Shown here piece by piece: positions 27,814 to 36,961 of a stretch of DNA of 64,000 bases. Below the pieces are notes generated by a model. That model searched no databases, was not told where the DNA came from, and worked only from the letters and a program-made list of their open reading frames with translations. Source of the stretch: an uncultured Pseudomonadota bacterium. GTDB taxonomy: Bacteria > Vulcanimicrobiota > Vulcanimicrobiia > Eremiobacterales > Eremiobacteraceae. Both the position numbers and the translations under genes were made by a program. The stretch's first letter is position 1, and each line of letters opens with the position of its first letter. The stretch is from the NCBI GenBank assembly GCA_963736005.1, contig CAVTNB010000001.1, positions 704,001 to 768,000 of the forward strand, written 5' to 3'.

Positions 27814-28986
27814 CAATCGAGGCGGCTCCAAGTCCGCCGGCTCCAGTCGAATCATGTATTTGCGACCAACCTCGTACGCTTCGGTCTGCGTGTCAACCAA
27901 GCGAACGCGTACCCGGCCGGTTGTGGGGTCGAGCATCTCCTGCAGGGTCACGGGCGTAACCTTGCCACCACGGAGAGCGACCATAGCGCCCGACCCACCG
28001 GAGAGCAAGTATCTGACGGCCCCATACCCCAGCGTTCGCGCGTACTCGACATCGAACGCGACAGGCTTTGCGCATCGCAATTCATAGCCGATGTCTTTGG
28101 CGACGATCGTCACGTCCAAGGTGAGCGCTTTGAGCGCGGCCGTCAGCGAGCGTTTCAGCAGATCTCCTAGATCAACGTCCGTGAGACGAACGTTGCCGTA
28201 GGCGTCGCGTCCGGCGCTTTCCAGCGATCCGAGCTCTGCGGGATCGAGTCGTTCGGCAAGCCCTTCCGCGATGACGGCTACTCCGTGATTGTGATCGGAA
28301 ACTCGGCGCTTGATGATGCTGCCAACGATGGTGTCGGTCACGATGCTCAGTGGCACCGTGCCCGCAGGATACTCTTCGGGTATCACAGCCAGCGTCGCGC
28401 CAGCTGCTTTGGCGATGCCGAGCGCCAAGGCGCCGGATTTTCTACCCATCGTGATGACGAGGTACCAGCGTGTGGTGGTGCGAGCATCTTCCATCAAGCT
28501 TTCGACAATGTTCGTTCCCACCGCGCGAGCCGTCTCGAAACCAAACGTCGGCATGTTGTCGGGCAAGGGCAAATCGTTGTCGATTGTCTTGGGGACAGTG
28601 GCAACGTGAATCGAGCCAGCGGCACGTTCGGCGATACGCGCAGCCCCAAAAGTCGTATCGTCGCCACCAATGCACAACAAATGCGTGATGCCAAGGGTCC
28701 GCAATGCGCGCACGGCATTATCCAGCGAGCGTTCGTCCTTGGCCGGGTTGGTGCGCGACGTTCGAAGAATCGACCCGCCCAGCCAGTGGATGCGGCTGAC
28801 CTCTTCAATGGAAACCTCTGCGCTGTGCGTTGCATCGCCTAAAACAAGCCACTGGTAGCCGTCGTAGATCCCGATGACGCGGCAACCTTCGTTGATCGCC
28901 TCGATGGTCGCCGAAGCGATAACGCCATTGATTCCGGGTGCCGGCCCGCCTCCAACAAGAATACCAAGCGTCGGCTTGTTCGTCAT
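27736..28986 (-). CDS. pfp: Pyrophosphate-dependent phosphofructokinase
   Basis: GGPAPG, GGDDT (Asp indicates PPi type), PKTIDND, MGR, GYELRC; start ATG 28986 overlaps the upstream stop. Confidence 0.9.
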   Translation of the reverse strand: MTNKPTLGILVGGGPAPGINGVIASATIEAINEGCRVIGIYDGYQWLVLGDATHSAEVSIEEVSRIHWLGGSILRTSRTNPAKDERSLDNAVRALRTLGITHLLCIGGDDTTFGAARIAERAAGSIHVATVPKTIDNDLPLPDNMPTFGFETARAVGTNIVESLMEDARTTTRWYLVITMGRKSGALALGIAKAAGATLAVIPEEYPAGTVPLSIVTDTIVGSIIKRRVSDHNHGVAVIAEGLAERLDPAELGSLESAGRDAYGNVRLTDVDLGDLLKRSLTAALKALTLDVTIVAKDIGYELRCAKPVAFDVEYARTLGYGAVRYLLSGGSGAMVALRGGKVTPVTLQEMLDPTTGRVRVRLVDTQTEAYEVGRKYMIRLEPADLEPPRLLALAAAARLEPSEFQKRFEPVVNGR

Positions 28987-29558
28987 TGCGGCTCTGGCGC
29001 GCGCACTTGCGCTGCTCTTAATTGGGCCATCCGCGGCGTGTTCGCGGGATAGTTTCCATCCGCATGCCGATCCAGCCATAACCGGGAGCGTGCTGCAGCG
29101 TATTCGAAATTCTCGAACGACGATTCACCATAGCGCTCCCGAACCGTCATGACGACCGGTTCGAGCAGATCCCAGAAACCAAGCATCTGCGGCGCTGCGA
29201 CATCGAGCCACGAGCGCTCATCGATGAGGCCATATTTTATAAACAAGCCGATTTGCTCCCAGAAGTCGGCGACCGCAAATTCGTCGTGCTGAGTCCGAGA
29301 GATCGGCCCCTTTGCGAGGTGCGCGGCAAGCTCGGCGAGGAAGCTCGGCTCCTTGAGTCGCTCTTGCAACTCACCGCGCACATAGGAAAGATGCTCTTGC
29401 AGCGGCGCTTGGTTCCATAACTCCATTAAGGTCAGCAGCGCGTTGAGCTCGTTGCTCGCGCGCAGATGACGCAGCTGAATGAGCGCCGCAATGGCAGTCG
29501 CGCCAATGACCACAAATGTGCCGCCAGCGAAAATGCTGCTCAAAACCTCTGGTGACAT
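28983..29558 (-). CDS. DUF4760-like membrane-anchored protein (paralog 3)
   Basis: N-terminal TM, AALIQLRHLRASN, FWEQIG..GLIDE, FENFEY...W...H..GNYP shared with its neighbours. Confidence 0.7.
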   Translation of the reverse strand: MSPEVLSSIFAGGTFVVIGATAIAALIQLRHLRASNELNALLTLMELWNQAPLQEHLSYVRGELQERLKEPSFLAELAAHLAKGPISRTQHDEFAVADFWEQIGLFIKYGLIDERSWLDVAAPQMLGFWDLLEPVVMTVRERYGESSFENFEYAAARSRLWLDRHADGNYPANTPRMAQLRAAQVRAPEPQ

Positions 29559-29560
29559 CG

Positions 29561-30121
29561 TCAAAGCTCTGGATCCGCCGGAAACGGATCGACGACCGGA
29601 AGGTGTGGGGTGTTTCTTGGAAACAGGCCGTCCGGGTGCTTTGATTCCCAAATCATGGCGCGCGAGACGAGATACTCAAAGTTGTCGTATGCCTGCGGGC
29701 CACGTTTGCGGCGAATGATCGCAACGACGGGCATGAGTTTCTGCCAAGCCCTGATTGCCGTCGGACCTCCCGATTCCATCACCGTCTCGTCAGCAATGTA
29801 GCCGAGTTTGAGCATGCCTCCGAGCGACTCCCAAAAATCTAGATACTGGACTTCGGGGTGCGCGAGCCTATCGATGATAGGACTGCCCAGCTCCGCTCGA
29901 TAGGTTGGGTCGATCAGCTTGCGGTCCAATTCCCCACTGAACACATAGTTTGCGTGTTCGCGAGCTTGCGGGCTCGACCACTTGTCCATGAAGCCGAGAA
30001 AACCGCTGATGGCGTTGCCTGCACGCATGTGGCGCAATTGAAAGACGGCTGCGATCGCCGATGCTGCGATAACGATCATCGTGACGAAGGTCGAAATCGC
30101 GGAGAGTTCATCCCACTTCAT
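29561..30121 (-). CDS. DUF4760-like membrane-anchored protein (paralog 2)
   Basis: Same motif set: QLRHMRAGN, FWESLG, YDNFEYL, HPDGLFP. Confidence 0.7.
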   Translation of the reverse strand: MKWDELSAISTFVTMIVIAASAIAAVFQLRHMRAGNAISGFLGFMDKWSSPQAREHANYVFSGELDRKLIDPTYRAELGSPIIDRLAHPEVQYLDFWESLGGMLKLGYIADETVMESGGPTAIRAWQKLMPVVAIIRRKRGPQAYDNFEYLVSRAMIWESKHPDGLFPRNTPHLPVVDPFPADPEL

Positions 30122-30660
30122 AGGTTGCTCTTAGCATCGACGTGCATGCGTGGAGTACCTTTTGGATAATTACCAACAGGATGTTTCCCTATCCAGACTT
30201 GCGCCCGAGCTGCGAGATATTCGAAGTTTTCGAAGACAAACGGTCGATTCCGACGCACCAGCATCACCACAGGCTCCAAGAGCCGCCAGTACAGCCTCAC
30301 ATTATACCAATGAGCGCGGAGAAACAGCTCCTCGTCGATGAGGCCACCGCGAGTATACGATCCGATCTCTTCATACATCTCGCACAGATGGAGTTCGGGG
30401 TGTTCCCGACGATCGACGGGAATTTTTTCCAAACCAGCACGAAAGCTTCCGCTTTCCAGATGAGACGGCAAATCCTGGCGCACGTAGTTGATGAGTTCGA
30501 GCACCTGGGGCTGCTGAAACAGCTGGAGGACCGAGAGGAGCCCAGGCAGTTGGTTGCTGTGACGGATGTGACGCAACTGAACGAGTGCGGCAAGAGCGCT
30601 GACCGTTACGACGACAAACGTTCCCAGCGTGCCCACGGCGATCCATGACTCAGGGGACAT
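30118..30660 (-). CDS. DUF4760-like membrane-anchored protein (paralog 1)
   Basis: Same motif set: QLRHIRHSN, YEEIG..GLIDE, FENFEYL, HPVGNYP; start ATG 30660. Confidence 0.7.
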   Translation of the reverse strand: MSPESWIAVGTLGTFVVVTVSALAALVQLRHIRHSNQLPGLLSVLQLFQQPQVLELINYVRQDLPSHLESGSFRAGLEKIPVDRREHPELHLCEMYEEIGSYTRGGLIDEELFLRAHWYNVRLYWRLLEPVVMLVRRNRPFVFENFEYLAARAQVWIGKHPVGNYPKGTPRMHVDAKSNL

Positions 30661-30665
30661 AGCGA

Positions 30666-30727
30666 GGGGCGATTTTCCAATCGCCCCATCGATAACCTTG
30701 ACGAAGGGGCGATTTTTCAATCGCCCC
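30666..30727. repeat. Two family-A REP palindromes
   Basis: GGGGCGATTTTCCAATCGCCCC (30666-30687) and GGGGCGATTTTTCAATCGCCCC (30706-30727) after the clpC stop. Confidence 0.9.
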
Positions 30728-30734
30728 GGCGGCA

Positions 30735-33229
30735 CTAGGAACCGGTCGGTTGAGGGGCCGGCGGCTTGAGCGGCTCGCCGATCTTGCGAAAAACCGACTT
30801 GCCGTCTTCGACATCCATCTGGATGTGATCGCCCACCTTGAAAGTGCCTCGCAGCAGCTCTTCGGAGAGCGGGTCCTCAACCAGACGTTGAATGGCTCGG
30901 CGCAGCGGGCGCGCGCCAAACTGGGGATCCCAGCCTTCCTTGGCGATGAACTCCTTTGCGGCTTCGGTGGCCTCGAGCGCCACGCGCTGGTTCTCCAGCT
31001 CCTTGACGACCTTGGCCAGCTCGAGAGCGACGATTTGCTTGATTTCGTCGAGGTCGAGCGAATGAAAGACAACGACTTCGTCGATGCGGTTAAGAAATTC
31101 TGGCCGGAAGAGATGCTTGACTTCCTCCAGGATTTTGTTCTTCATCCGCTCGTAACGAATGGCCGTCGAACCCTCTTCCTTGATCGAACGGAAGCCGATT
31201 TCGGCTGCCTTGACCATCCCCATGGTGCCTACGTTGCTCGTCATGATGATGAGGCTGTGCTTGAAATCGACCACGCGACCTTGCGAATCGGTCAGGCGCC
31301 CATCTTCAAGAACCTGCAGCAGCAAGTTGAAGACGTCTGGATGAGCCTTCTCGATCTCATCAAGCAGCACCACGGCGTACGGACGCCGACGGACCGCTTC
31401 TGTGAGCTGGCCACCCTCTTCGTATCCGACGTATCCTGGCGGTGCGCCGACCAGCCGCGAGACCGAATATTTCTCCATATACTCGGACATGTCGATACGA
31501 ACCATCGACGTCGACATCGTCGAAGAGAAATTCCGCGAGCGTTCGCGCGAGTTCTGTCTTGCCAACGCCCGTCGGGCCCAGAAATATGAAGGAACCGATA
31601 GGCCGCATGGGGCTCTTGAGCCCGGCACGCGCTCTTCGAATCGCCCGCGTGATGACCTTGATCGCCTCGTCTTGGCCAACGATGCGCTTGTGCAGCGCCC
31701 CCTCCATGTTGAGCAGCTTGAGGGTCTCTTCTTCTTTGAGCTTGCTCACCGGAATGCGCGTCCAGGTTGAGACGATGTGTGCGATTTCTTCCGGGCCGAC
31801 GGTATTGGTCGTGGTCGCCTTTGACGTTGCGCTTCTCGCGCCACTCTTCTTCCATCTGCGTCTTGCTGAGCGCGCAACTTTTCTTCGCGGTCGCGGATTT
31901 GCGCAGCTTTCTCGAACTCTTGCGCCTTGATAACCGCTTCTTTCTCGGTGCTGCACTTTGCGGATTTCGGTTTCGACTTCACGGATTTCCGGAGGCAGTG
32001 AGGTCGATTGCAGCCGCACGCGTGAGGCGGCTTCGTCCATGAGATCCACTGCCTTATCCGGCAAGAAGCGATCCGTGATGTAGCGATCGCTGAGACGAGC
32101 CGCTGCGTCGAGCGCCTCGTCGCTGATCTTCACCCGATGATGTGCTTCGTAGCGGTCGCGCAGACCCTTGAGGATTTCGATGGTCTCCTCGACCGATGGG
32201 CTCGCCGACCATGATCGACTGAAAGCGGCGCTCCAGCGCCGAGTCTTTTTCGATGTGCTTGCGAAACTCGTTGAGCGTGGTGGCGCCGATGCATTGCAGT
32301 TCGCCTCGCGCCAGTGCCGGCTTGATGATGTTGCTCGCGTCAATTGCGCCCTCGGCGGCGCCCGCGCCGACGAGGGTGTGCAGTTCGTCGATGAAGAGAA
32401 TGATCTCGCCGCAAGCGCCACGGATTTCATCCATGACGCGCTTCATGCGCTCCTCGAACTCGCCGCGATATTTGGTGCCCGCGACGAGGCCGGCAAGGTC
32501 GAGTGTGATGACGCGTTTGTCGCGCAAAGGCTCGGGCACATCGCCACTGATAACGCGCTGCGCCAAACCCTCTGCAATGGCGGTCTTGCCGACGCCGGGC
32601 TCGCCGATGAGTGCCGGGATTGTTCTTCGTTCGCCGCGAGAGGATCTGGATGACCCGCTCGATCTCGGTGTTGCGACCGATGACGGGATCAAGTTTGCTC
32701 TCGCGAGCAAGTTGGGTAAGATCGCGGCCGTAGGCGTCGAGCGTCGGCGTTTTGCTCTTGCCTTTGCTCGTGCTTTGTACTTGTGTTTCCGCTCCGAGCA
32801 GCGAGGTAGTCTGGACGCGTACCTTCGCAGGATCGACGCCCAGGTTCGTGAGGACGCGGGCAGCGACGCCTTCGCCTTCGCGAATGAGGCCGAGCAGCAG
32901 GTGCTCGGTGCCGATGTAGTTATGGTTGAGCTGACGCGCCTCTTCGAAAGCGAGTTCGATGACGCGCTTGGCTCGCGGGGTGAACACCATCTCCTGCTGG
33001 ACGGTCTGCCCGCCTCGACCGACGATCGCTTCAACTTCGGCGCGAACCTTCGCCAGGTTGACTCCTAGAGTTTCCAACACTTTGGCGGCCAGGCTCTCGC
33101 CTTCGCTGATGATGCCGAGCAGGATGTGTTCCGTCCCGATGTAGTTGTTACCGAGCCGCTGCGCTTCTTCTTGTGCCAGCACGATTGACTGCGGCGCGCA
33201 CGCTCGGTGAACGGTTCCCACATGGACAT
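30735..33229 (-). pseudogene. clpC: ATP-dependent Clp protease ATP-binding subunit ClpC with about 6 frameshifts (likely assembly error)
   Basis: [12 protein letters not shown] start behind AAGGAG; Clp-N repeats (YIGTEH), [29 protein letters not shown] and LLDEIEKAH spread over several frames. Confidence 0.93.
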
Positions 33230-33403
33230 TGTTACTTTGACTCCTTGGGCGCGCTACGGGACATCGTGCCCGATTGACCGCCTAGTTGGCGGCCCTTACT
33301 CCCGCTTGTATGTTCGACAGCTAGCTCTTGTTCTTCTTTTCCCTCTTTTGTGATTAACGTTGCAGGGTGCGCTTCCGGTTCACAGTTTCATTATCGGCAA
33401 AGG

Positions 33404-33583
33404 AAAAGCCTCAAGGATCACGGTCCGTGCTGTACTGGTGCCCGATATTCTCAGGATGACGTATCGGCTTTCGGTCGATTGGTAGTGCCAATCGCTACGC
33501 CCGGATTGCACAATCCGGATGCGGGTTCGTCGCTCGACCCGCTCGCCGATCAGTACGCCTTGGAGCGTGGCCGCTTGAGGCCT
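33404..33583 (-). ncRNA. Candidate ~180-nt structured non-coding RNA (family unassigned; 6S-like size)
   Basis: The two ends pair (GCCTCAAG/CTTGAGGC); nested stems GTACTG/CAGTAC, ATCGGC/GCCGAT, GGTCGA/TCGACC and CCGGATTG/CAATCCGG; begins right at a sigma70 promoter and ends in a U-run. Confidence 0.7.
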
Positions 33584-33589
33584 ACCGCG

Positions 33590-33618
33590 ATAATACTTGC
33601 GACCTCGCTGCGTGTCAA
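33590..33618 (-). promoter_or_regulatory. Sigma70-type promoter
   Basis: TTGACA (33618-33613) - 17 nt - TATTAT (33595-33590) on the minus strand. Confidence 0.8.
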
Positions 33619-33669
33619 GTCAATTGCCGGATTCGTTTCGAAACAAAACGAAGGGAGCAAGCGACGCCA

Positions 33670-35205
33670 ATGTCCTCTACACAATCTTCCCAGCCAAGGC
33701 CGCAACATCGCGTCGCAATTGCAATTGGGTCCAATCTTGGAGACCGTCAGGGCAATGTGGGCGCTGCTATCCACAGGCTGCGCTCGTACGTGACGATCGA
33801 TCGTCTTTCGTCCACGTATGAAACAAAGCCGGTCGGCTTTACGGAGCAACCTGACTTCCTCAACCTCGCGTGCACCGGATGGACGACCTTGGCGCCTCAG
33901 CGGCTGCGGGATGCAATGGCGAAGATCGAGCGCCAAATCGGGCGCCGGATCAGCGTGCCTTTGGGGCCGCGCGCGATCGATTTGGATCTTTTGCTCTATG
34001 ATGACGTCATATCGAGCGACCAAAGTTGTACAATTCCGCACCCTGGATTGGCCACGCGAGCATTTGTTCTCGTCCCCCTAGCGGAGATCGCACCCGAACT
34101 TGTCGATCCGCGATCCGGAAAAACAATCGGTGAACTTGCTGCAACCATCGACCGGTCTGGTGTGACGATTCGCGAAGGCGGTCTTTTGACTCGCACGCGA
34201 CGCGACGTCCAAGAATCCAGACCCCAAGTACCTCTGGCGCTCAATCGAGTGGGCATAACCGGCGTCAAGACGCTGATCAACCTGGAGAACGATGCTATCG
34301 GAGGGCAAGCAAGCTTCGCGACTCTCGATATCTACGCTGATTTGGACGCGGGCCACAGCGGCGTGCACATGTCGCGTTTCTCGCAGGATCTCGAGGATGC
34401 GCTCGCAGACCTGCGCCTGGAACGCTTCGGCATTGATGGGCTTGCACTGGCCCTCGCGCAACGCGTGGTGGAAAGTCAGAATGCGGAGCGGGCTGAGGTC
34501 CACTTGACCGCCCCGGTTGCCCTCGAGCGCTTCACCCCGGTGAGCGCGCTTCGCACGCGTGAGTTCTATACGGCGATCGGGCGCGCGGCAGTTACTCGTC
34601 GCTTTTCACGCCGGCTCCTTGGCGTCGAAGCCGAAGGTATGACTGCCTGTCCCTGCGCGCAGGCGATGGTTGCCGACTACTCACGCGAGCGGCTCCTCGC
34701 TGAGGGTTTCTCTGAGGAGCAAGTGGCCAAGATCTTGGCGGCCATCCCAGTTGCGACGCACAACCAGCGCGGCGTCGGAAGGCTCCTTGTTGGTTCCGAG
34801 CGGCCCGTTTCGCTCGCGCAGCTCGTTGAAATTGTCGAGCAATCGATGTCTTCAGAAACGTATGATTTGCTCAAGCGCCCGGACGAGTTGTTCGTCGTCA
34901 ACAAGGCACATCAGTCGCCGCGCTTTGTCGAAGATGTCGTGCGCGAGATGCTTCGCTATGTGAACGACGCGCTTGTCGACTTTCCCGGCGACACCTTTGT
35001 CTTCGCCCGACAGATCAATTTCGAGAGCATTCACAAGCACGATGCCGTGGCCGAGTCTTGTTGCACGCTTGACGAACTGCGCCGCGAGCTTCGCGGCCAC
35101 ACCGACGTTGGGCACACGAGCCTCGAGCAATGGATGCATGGTGACGCCAAAGGTCTTGGGGCGACTTTCCAAGCGCCCCCTACAGATTTCGAGAAATCTC
35201 TATGA
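33670..35205 (+). CDS. folK: Fusion of HPPK (FolK) and GTP cyclohydrolase of the FolE2/MptA family
   Basis: GSNLGDR, QPDFLN, GPRAIDLDLL, IPHP, RAFVLVPL (FolK); then GVHMSRF, GMTACPCAQ, THNQRG, LLKRPDE, PRFVEDVVR, ESIHKHD. Confidence 0.92.
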   Translation: MSSTQSSQPRPQHRVAIAIGSNLGDRQGNVGAAIHRLRSYVTIDRLSSTYETKPVGFTEQPDFLNLACTGWTTLAPQRLRDAMAKIERQIGRRISVPLGPRAIDLDLLLYDDVISSDQSCTIPHPGLATRAFVLVPLAEIAPELVDPRSGKTIGELAATIDRSGVTIREGGLLTRTRRDVQESRPQVPLALNRVGITGVKTLINLENDAIGGQASFATLDIYADLDAGHSGVHMSRFSQDLEDALADLRLERFGIDGLALALAQRVVESQNAERAEVHLTAPVALERFTPVSALRTREFYTAIGRAAVTRRFSRRLLGVEAEGMTACPCAQAMVADYSRERLLAEGFSEEQVAKILAAIPVATHNQRGVGRLLVGSERPVSLAQLVEIVEQSMSSETYDLLKRPDELFVVNKAHQSPRFVEDVVREMLRYVNDALVDFPGDTFVFARQINFESIHKHDAVAESCCTLDELRRELRGHTDVGHTSLEQWMHGDAKGLGATFQAPPTDFEKSL

Positions 35206-36425
35206 TGGATTTTGAAAGGGCTGCGGTTCCCTACTGGCCGATACGTCGCCGCAAGATCTTGCGGCGAAATCTCGCGATCGCTGCTGCTCTTTTCCTCATC
35301 GTGGGTACCATCGTCCTGATCCGCCACCGGCTTGCGACCGAGTCCATCGGCGAGCGGGTTTTCGATGAAGTTGCGACGACGGTCTCCGTTCGCTACTACG
35401 ATCGAGCGTTCCACGGCCTCAATTGGAATGGAATCGTTGAGCGCTACCGGCCGCTTGTGGAAAATGCACCAACCCAGGCACGCCGCTACGAGCTCTTGCA
35501 ACAGATGCTCGCACGCCTTGGCGATAGCCACACCGCGATTTTTTCGCCTGCGCAAGTGAATGACGTGGAAGCCGAGGATGCCGGAACCCTCGGAGCATTG
35601 TTCGCAACAATCGGGCAGGATCGTGTGGTCGTGCGCGTTGCGCCGCGATCCCCGGCCGCAAGCGCCGGGCTGCGCCCGGGCTACATTGTCGTAGAACGTG
35701 CCTCCGAGGGCGGGGCTGGATCCTCGGTTCGCTCGTTTGCCGTGCGCGATCCGTTAACGGGGCGTTCCTGGCGTGCACTCCTGCATCCATCGACAAGCGA
35801 TTCGTTTGACGCTGTGGTCTTACCCGATGTGGACTGGGGCACGCTCGCCCCCCACGTGGGCTATCTGCGCATGACCTCCTTTCCCAACAACATCGAGGAA
35901 GAGCTGGGATGGGCCGTTTCTGACATTGGCACGCAGCCGGCAATGGTGCTGGACTTGCGCGGGAATCCCGGCGGCCTTATCGACGCGGTCGACGCAACCG
36001 CGGGCATTTTCTTGCAGCCTGGCACTCTCGTCGTGAGCGGCGCTGGCCGCTATTCATTCTTCCGGCGGCGCTTTCTCGCGACGGGCGATGCGGACGTGCG
36101 CTACCAAGGGCGTCTTGCAGTCCTGGTTGACGGCACGAGCGAAAGCGGGGCCGAGGCGTTAGCGTCCGCGCTGCAAATCTATCGGCGGGCGGAGATCGTT
36201 GGGGAACCGACCGCCCGTCACGTGCTTGGGGTTGAGGTTGAAGAGCGACTAGCCGACGGAGGTCTGCTGCGCGTGGCGACGCTCGACATGCGCGACGCCC
36301 GCGGGAACATTCTTGAAGGCCGCGGCGTGGCACCTGACATTACGGTAGCGCGAACTCCGGCGGACATTGCCCGCGGGCGCGACCCTCAACTGCGCGCCGC
36401 CATCTCGTATCTCACTCGCCTGTAA
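35202..36425 (+). CDS. S41 family (C-terminal processing) peptidase
   Basis: LGDSHT, PDZ-like SPAASAGLRPG, LDLRGNPGG, SESGAE, GRGVAPD. Confidence 0.85.
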   Translation: MMDFERAAVPYWPIRRRKILRRNLAIAAALFLIVGTIVLIRHRLATESIGERVFDEVATTVSVRYYDRAFHGLNWNGIVERYRPLVENAPTQARRYELLQQMLARLGDSHTAIFSPAQVNDVEAEDAGTLGALFATIGQDRVVVRVAPRSPAASAGLRPGYIVVERASEGGAGSSVRSFAVRDPLTGRSWRALLHPSTSDSFDAVVLPDVDWGTLAPHVGYLRMTSFPNNIEEELGWAVSDIGTQPAMVLDLRGNPGGLIDAVDATAGIFLQPGTLVVSGAGRYSFFRRRFLATGDADVRYQGRLAVLVDGTSESGAEALASALQIYRRAEIVGEPTARHVLGVEVEERLADGGLLRVATLDMRDARGNILEGRGVAPDITVARTPADIARGRDPQLRAAISYLTRL

Positions 36426-36435
36426 TCTCTCAATC

Positions 36436-36489
36436 TCTAAAATGTAGTCTCGCGAATCTAAAATGTAGTCTCGCGAATTTATTCGCGAG
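36436..36489 (+). repeat. Family-B REP with a partial tandem duplication
   Basis: TCTAAAATGTAGTCTCGCGAA occurs twice; the second copy continues into CTCGCGAATTTATTCGCGAG; lies between convergent genes. Confidence 0.9.
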
Positions 36490-36844
36490 TATTAGCGATC
36501 GCTGCGGCCACGACATCACCCAGGGCGCTTCGCTCGACGATTTGCGCGCGCGGTGCTGACTCGTGCGCCCGTGCAAGATCCTTGGGCGCGACGTCGACGA
36601 GGAACACGGGGATGTCGCGCGTGTTAAAGCCTTCGCCCAGGTAGCGGGCCGCTTCGAAAGCATGCGAGGGTATCGTGCTCGCCGCGATGACAATAATGTC
36701 CGGACGCTGCGTGTTGACAGCCTCGAAAAACGTTGGCCATGCTGGTTCCGCCTCTGCCACCGTCACCCCCGCCTTTTGAAGCATCTCGCTTCGTTGCGCG
36801 CACGCTGGATCGGTGCTGAATTGCAACAGAAGAACCTTTATCAT
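36479..36844 (-). CDS. Hypothetical protein with a receiver-like (CheY-like) pattern
   Basis: MIKVLLL..., RPDIIVI and TRDIPVFLV resemble a receiver fold; the expected Asp is absent. Confidence 0.55.
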   Translation of the reverse strand: MIKVLLLQFSTDPACAQRSEMLQKAGVTVAEAEPAWPTFFEAVNTQRPDIIVIAASTIPSHAFEAARYLGEGFNTRDIPVFLVDVAPKDLARAHESAPRAQIVERSALGDVVAAAIANTRE

Positions 36845-36961
36845 GCCTCAACCTGATTCGACCCAGAGCGGTGTCGGTCATTCGACGCGATTTCAATGCA
36901 GCTACATTCGCCAAACGACCGAACAGAGGTCCGTGGCCTAATCAGCGGAAACGAGCGCCTC

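Noticed and set aside
33463..33556. tRNA-Cys on the plus strand (CCGGATTGCACAATCCGG, GGGTTCG)
   Set aside because: 8-nt anticodon loop, non-canonical T and D arms, no CCA, and the promoter points the other way; treated as part of the minus-strand RNA candidate
33230..33630. CtsR or CIRCE operator upstream of clpC
   Set aside because: Only isolated GTCAA half-sites with the wrong spacing; no CIRCE inverted repeat seen
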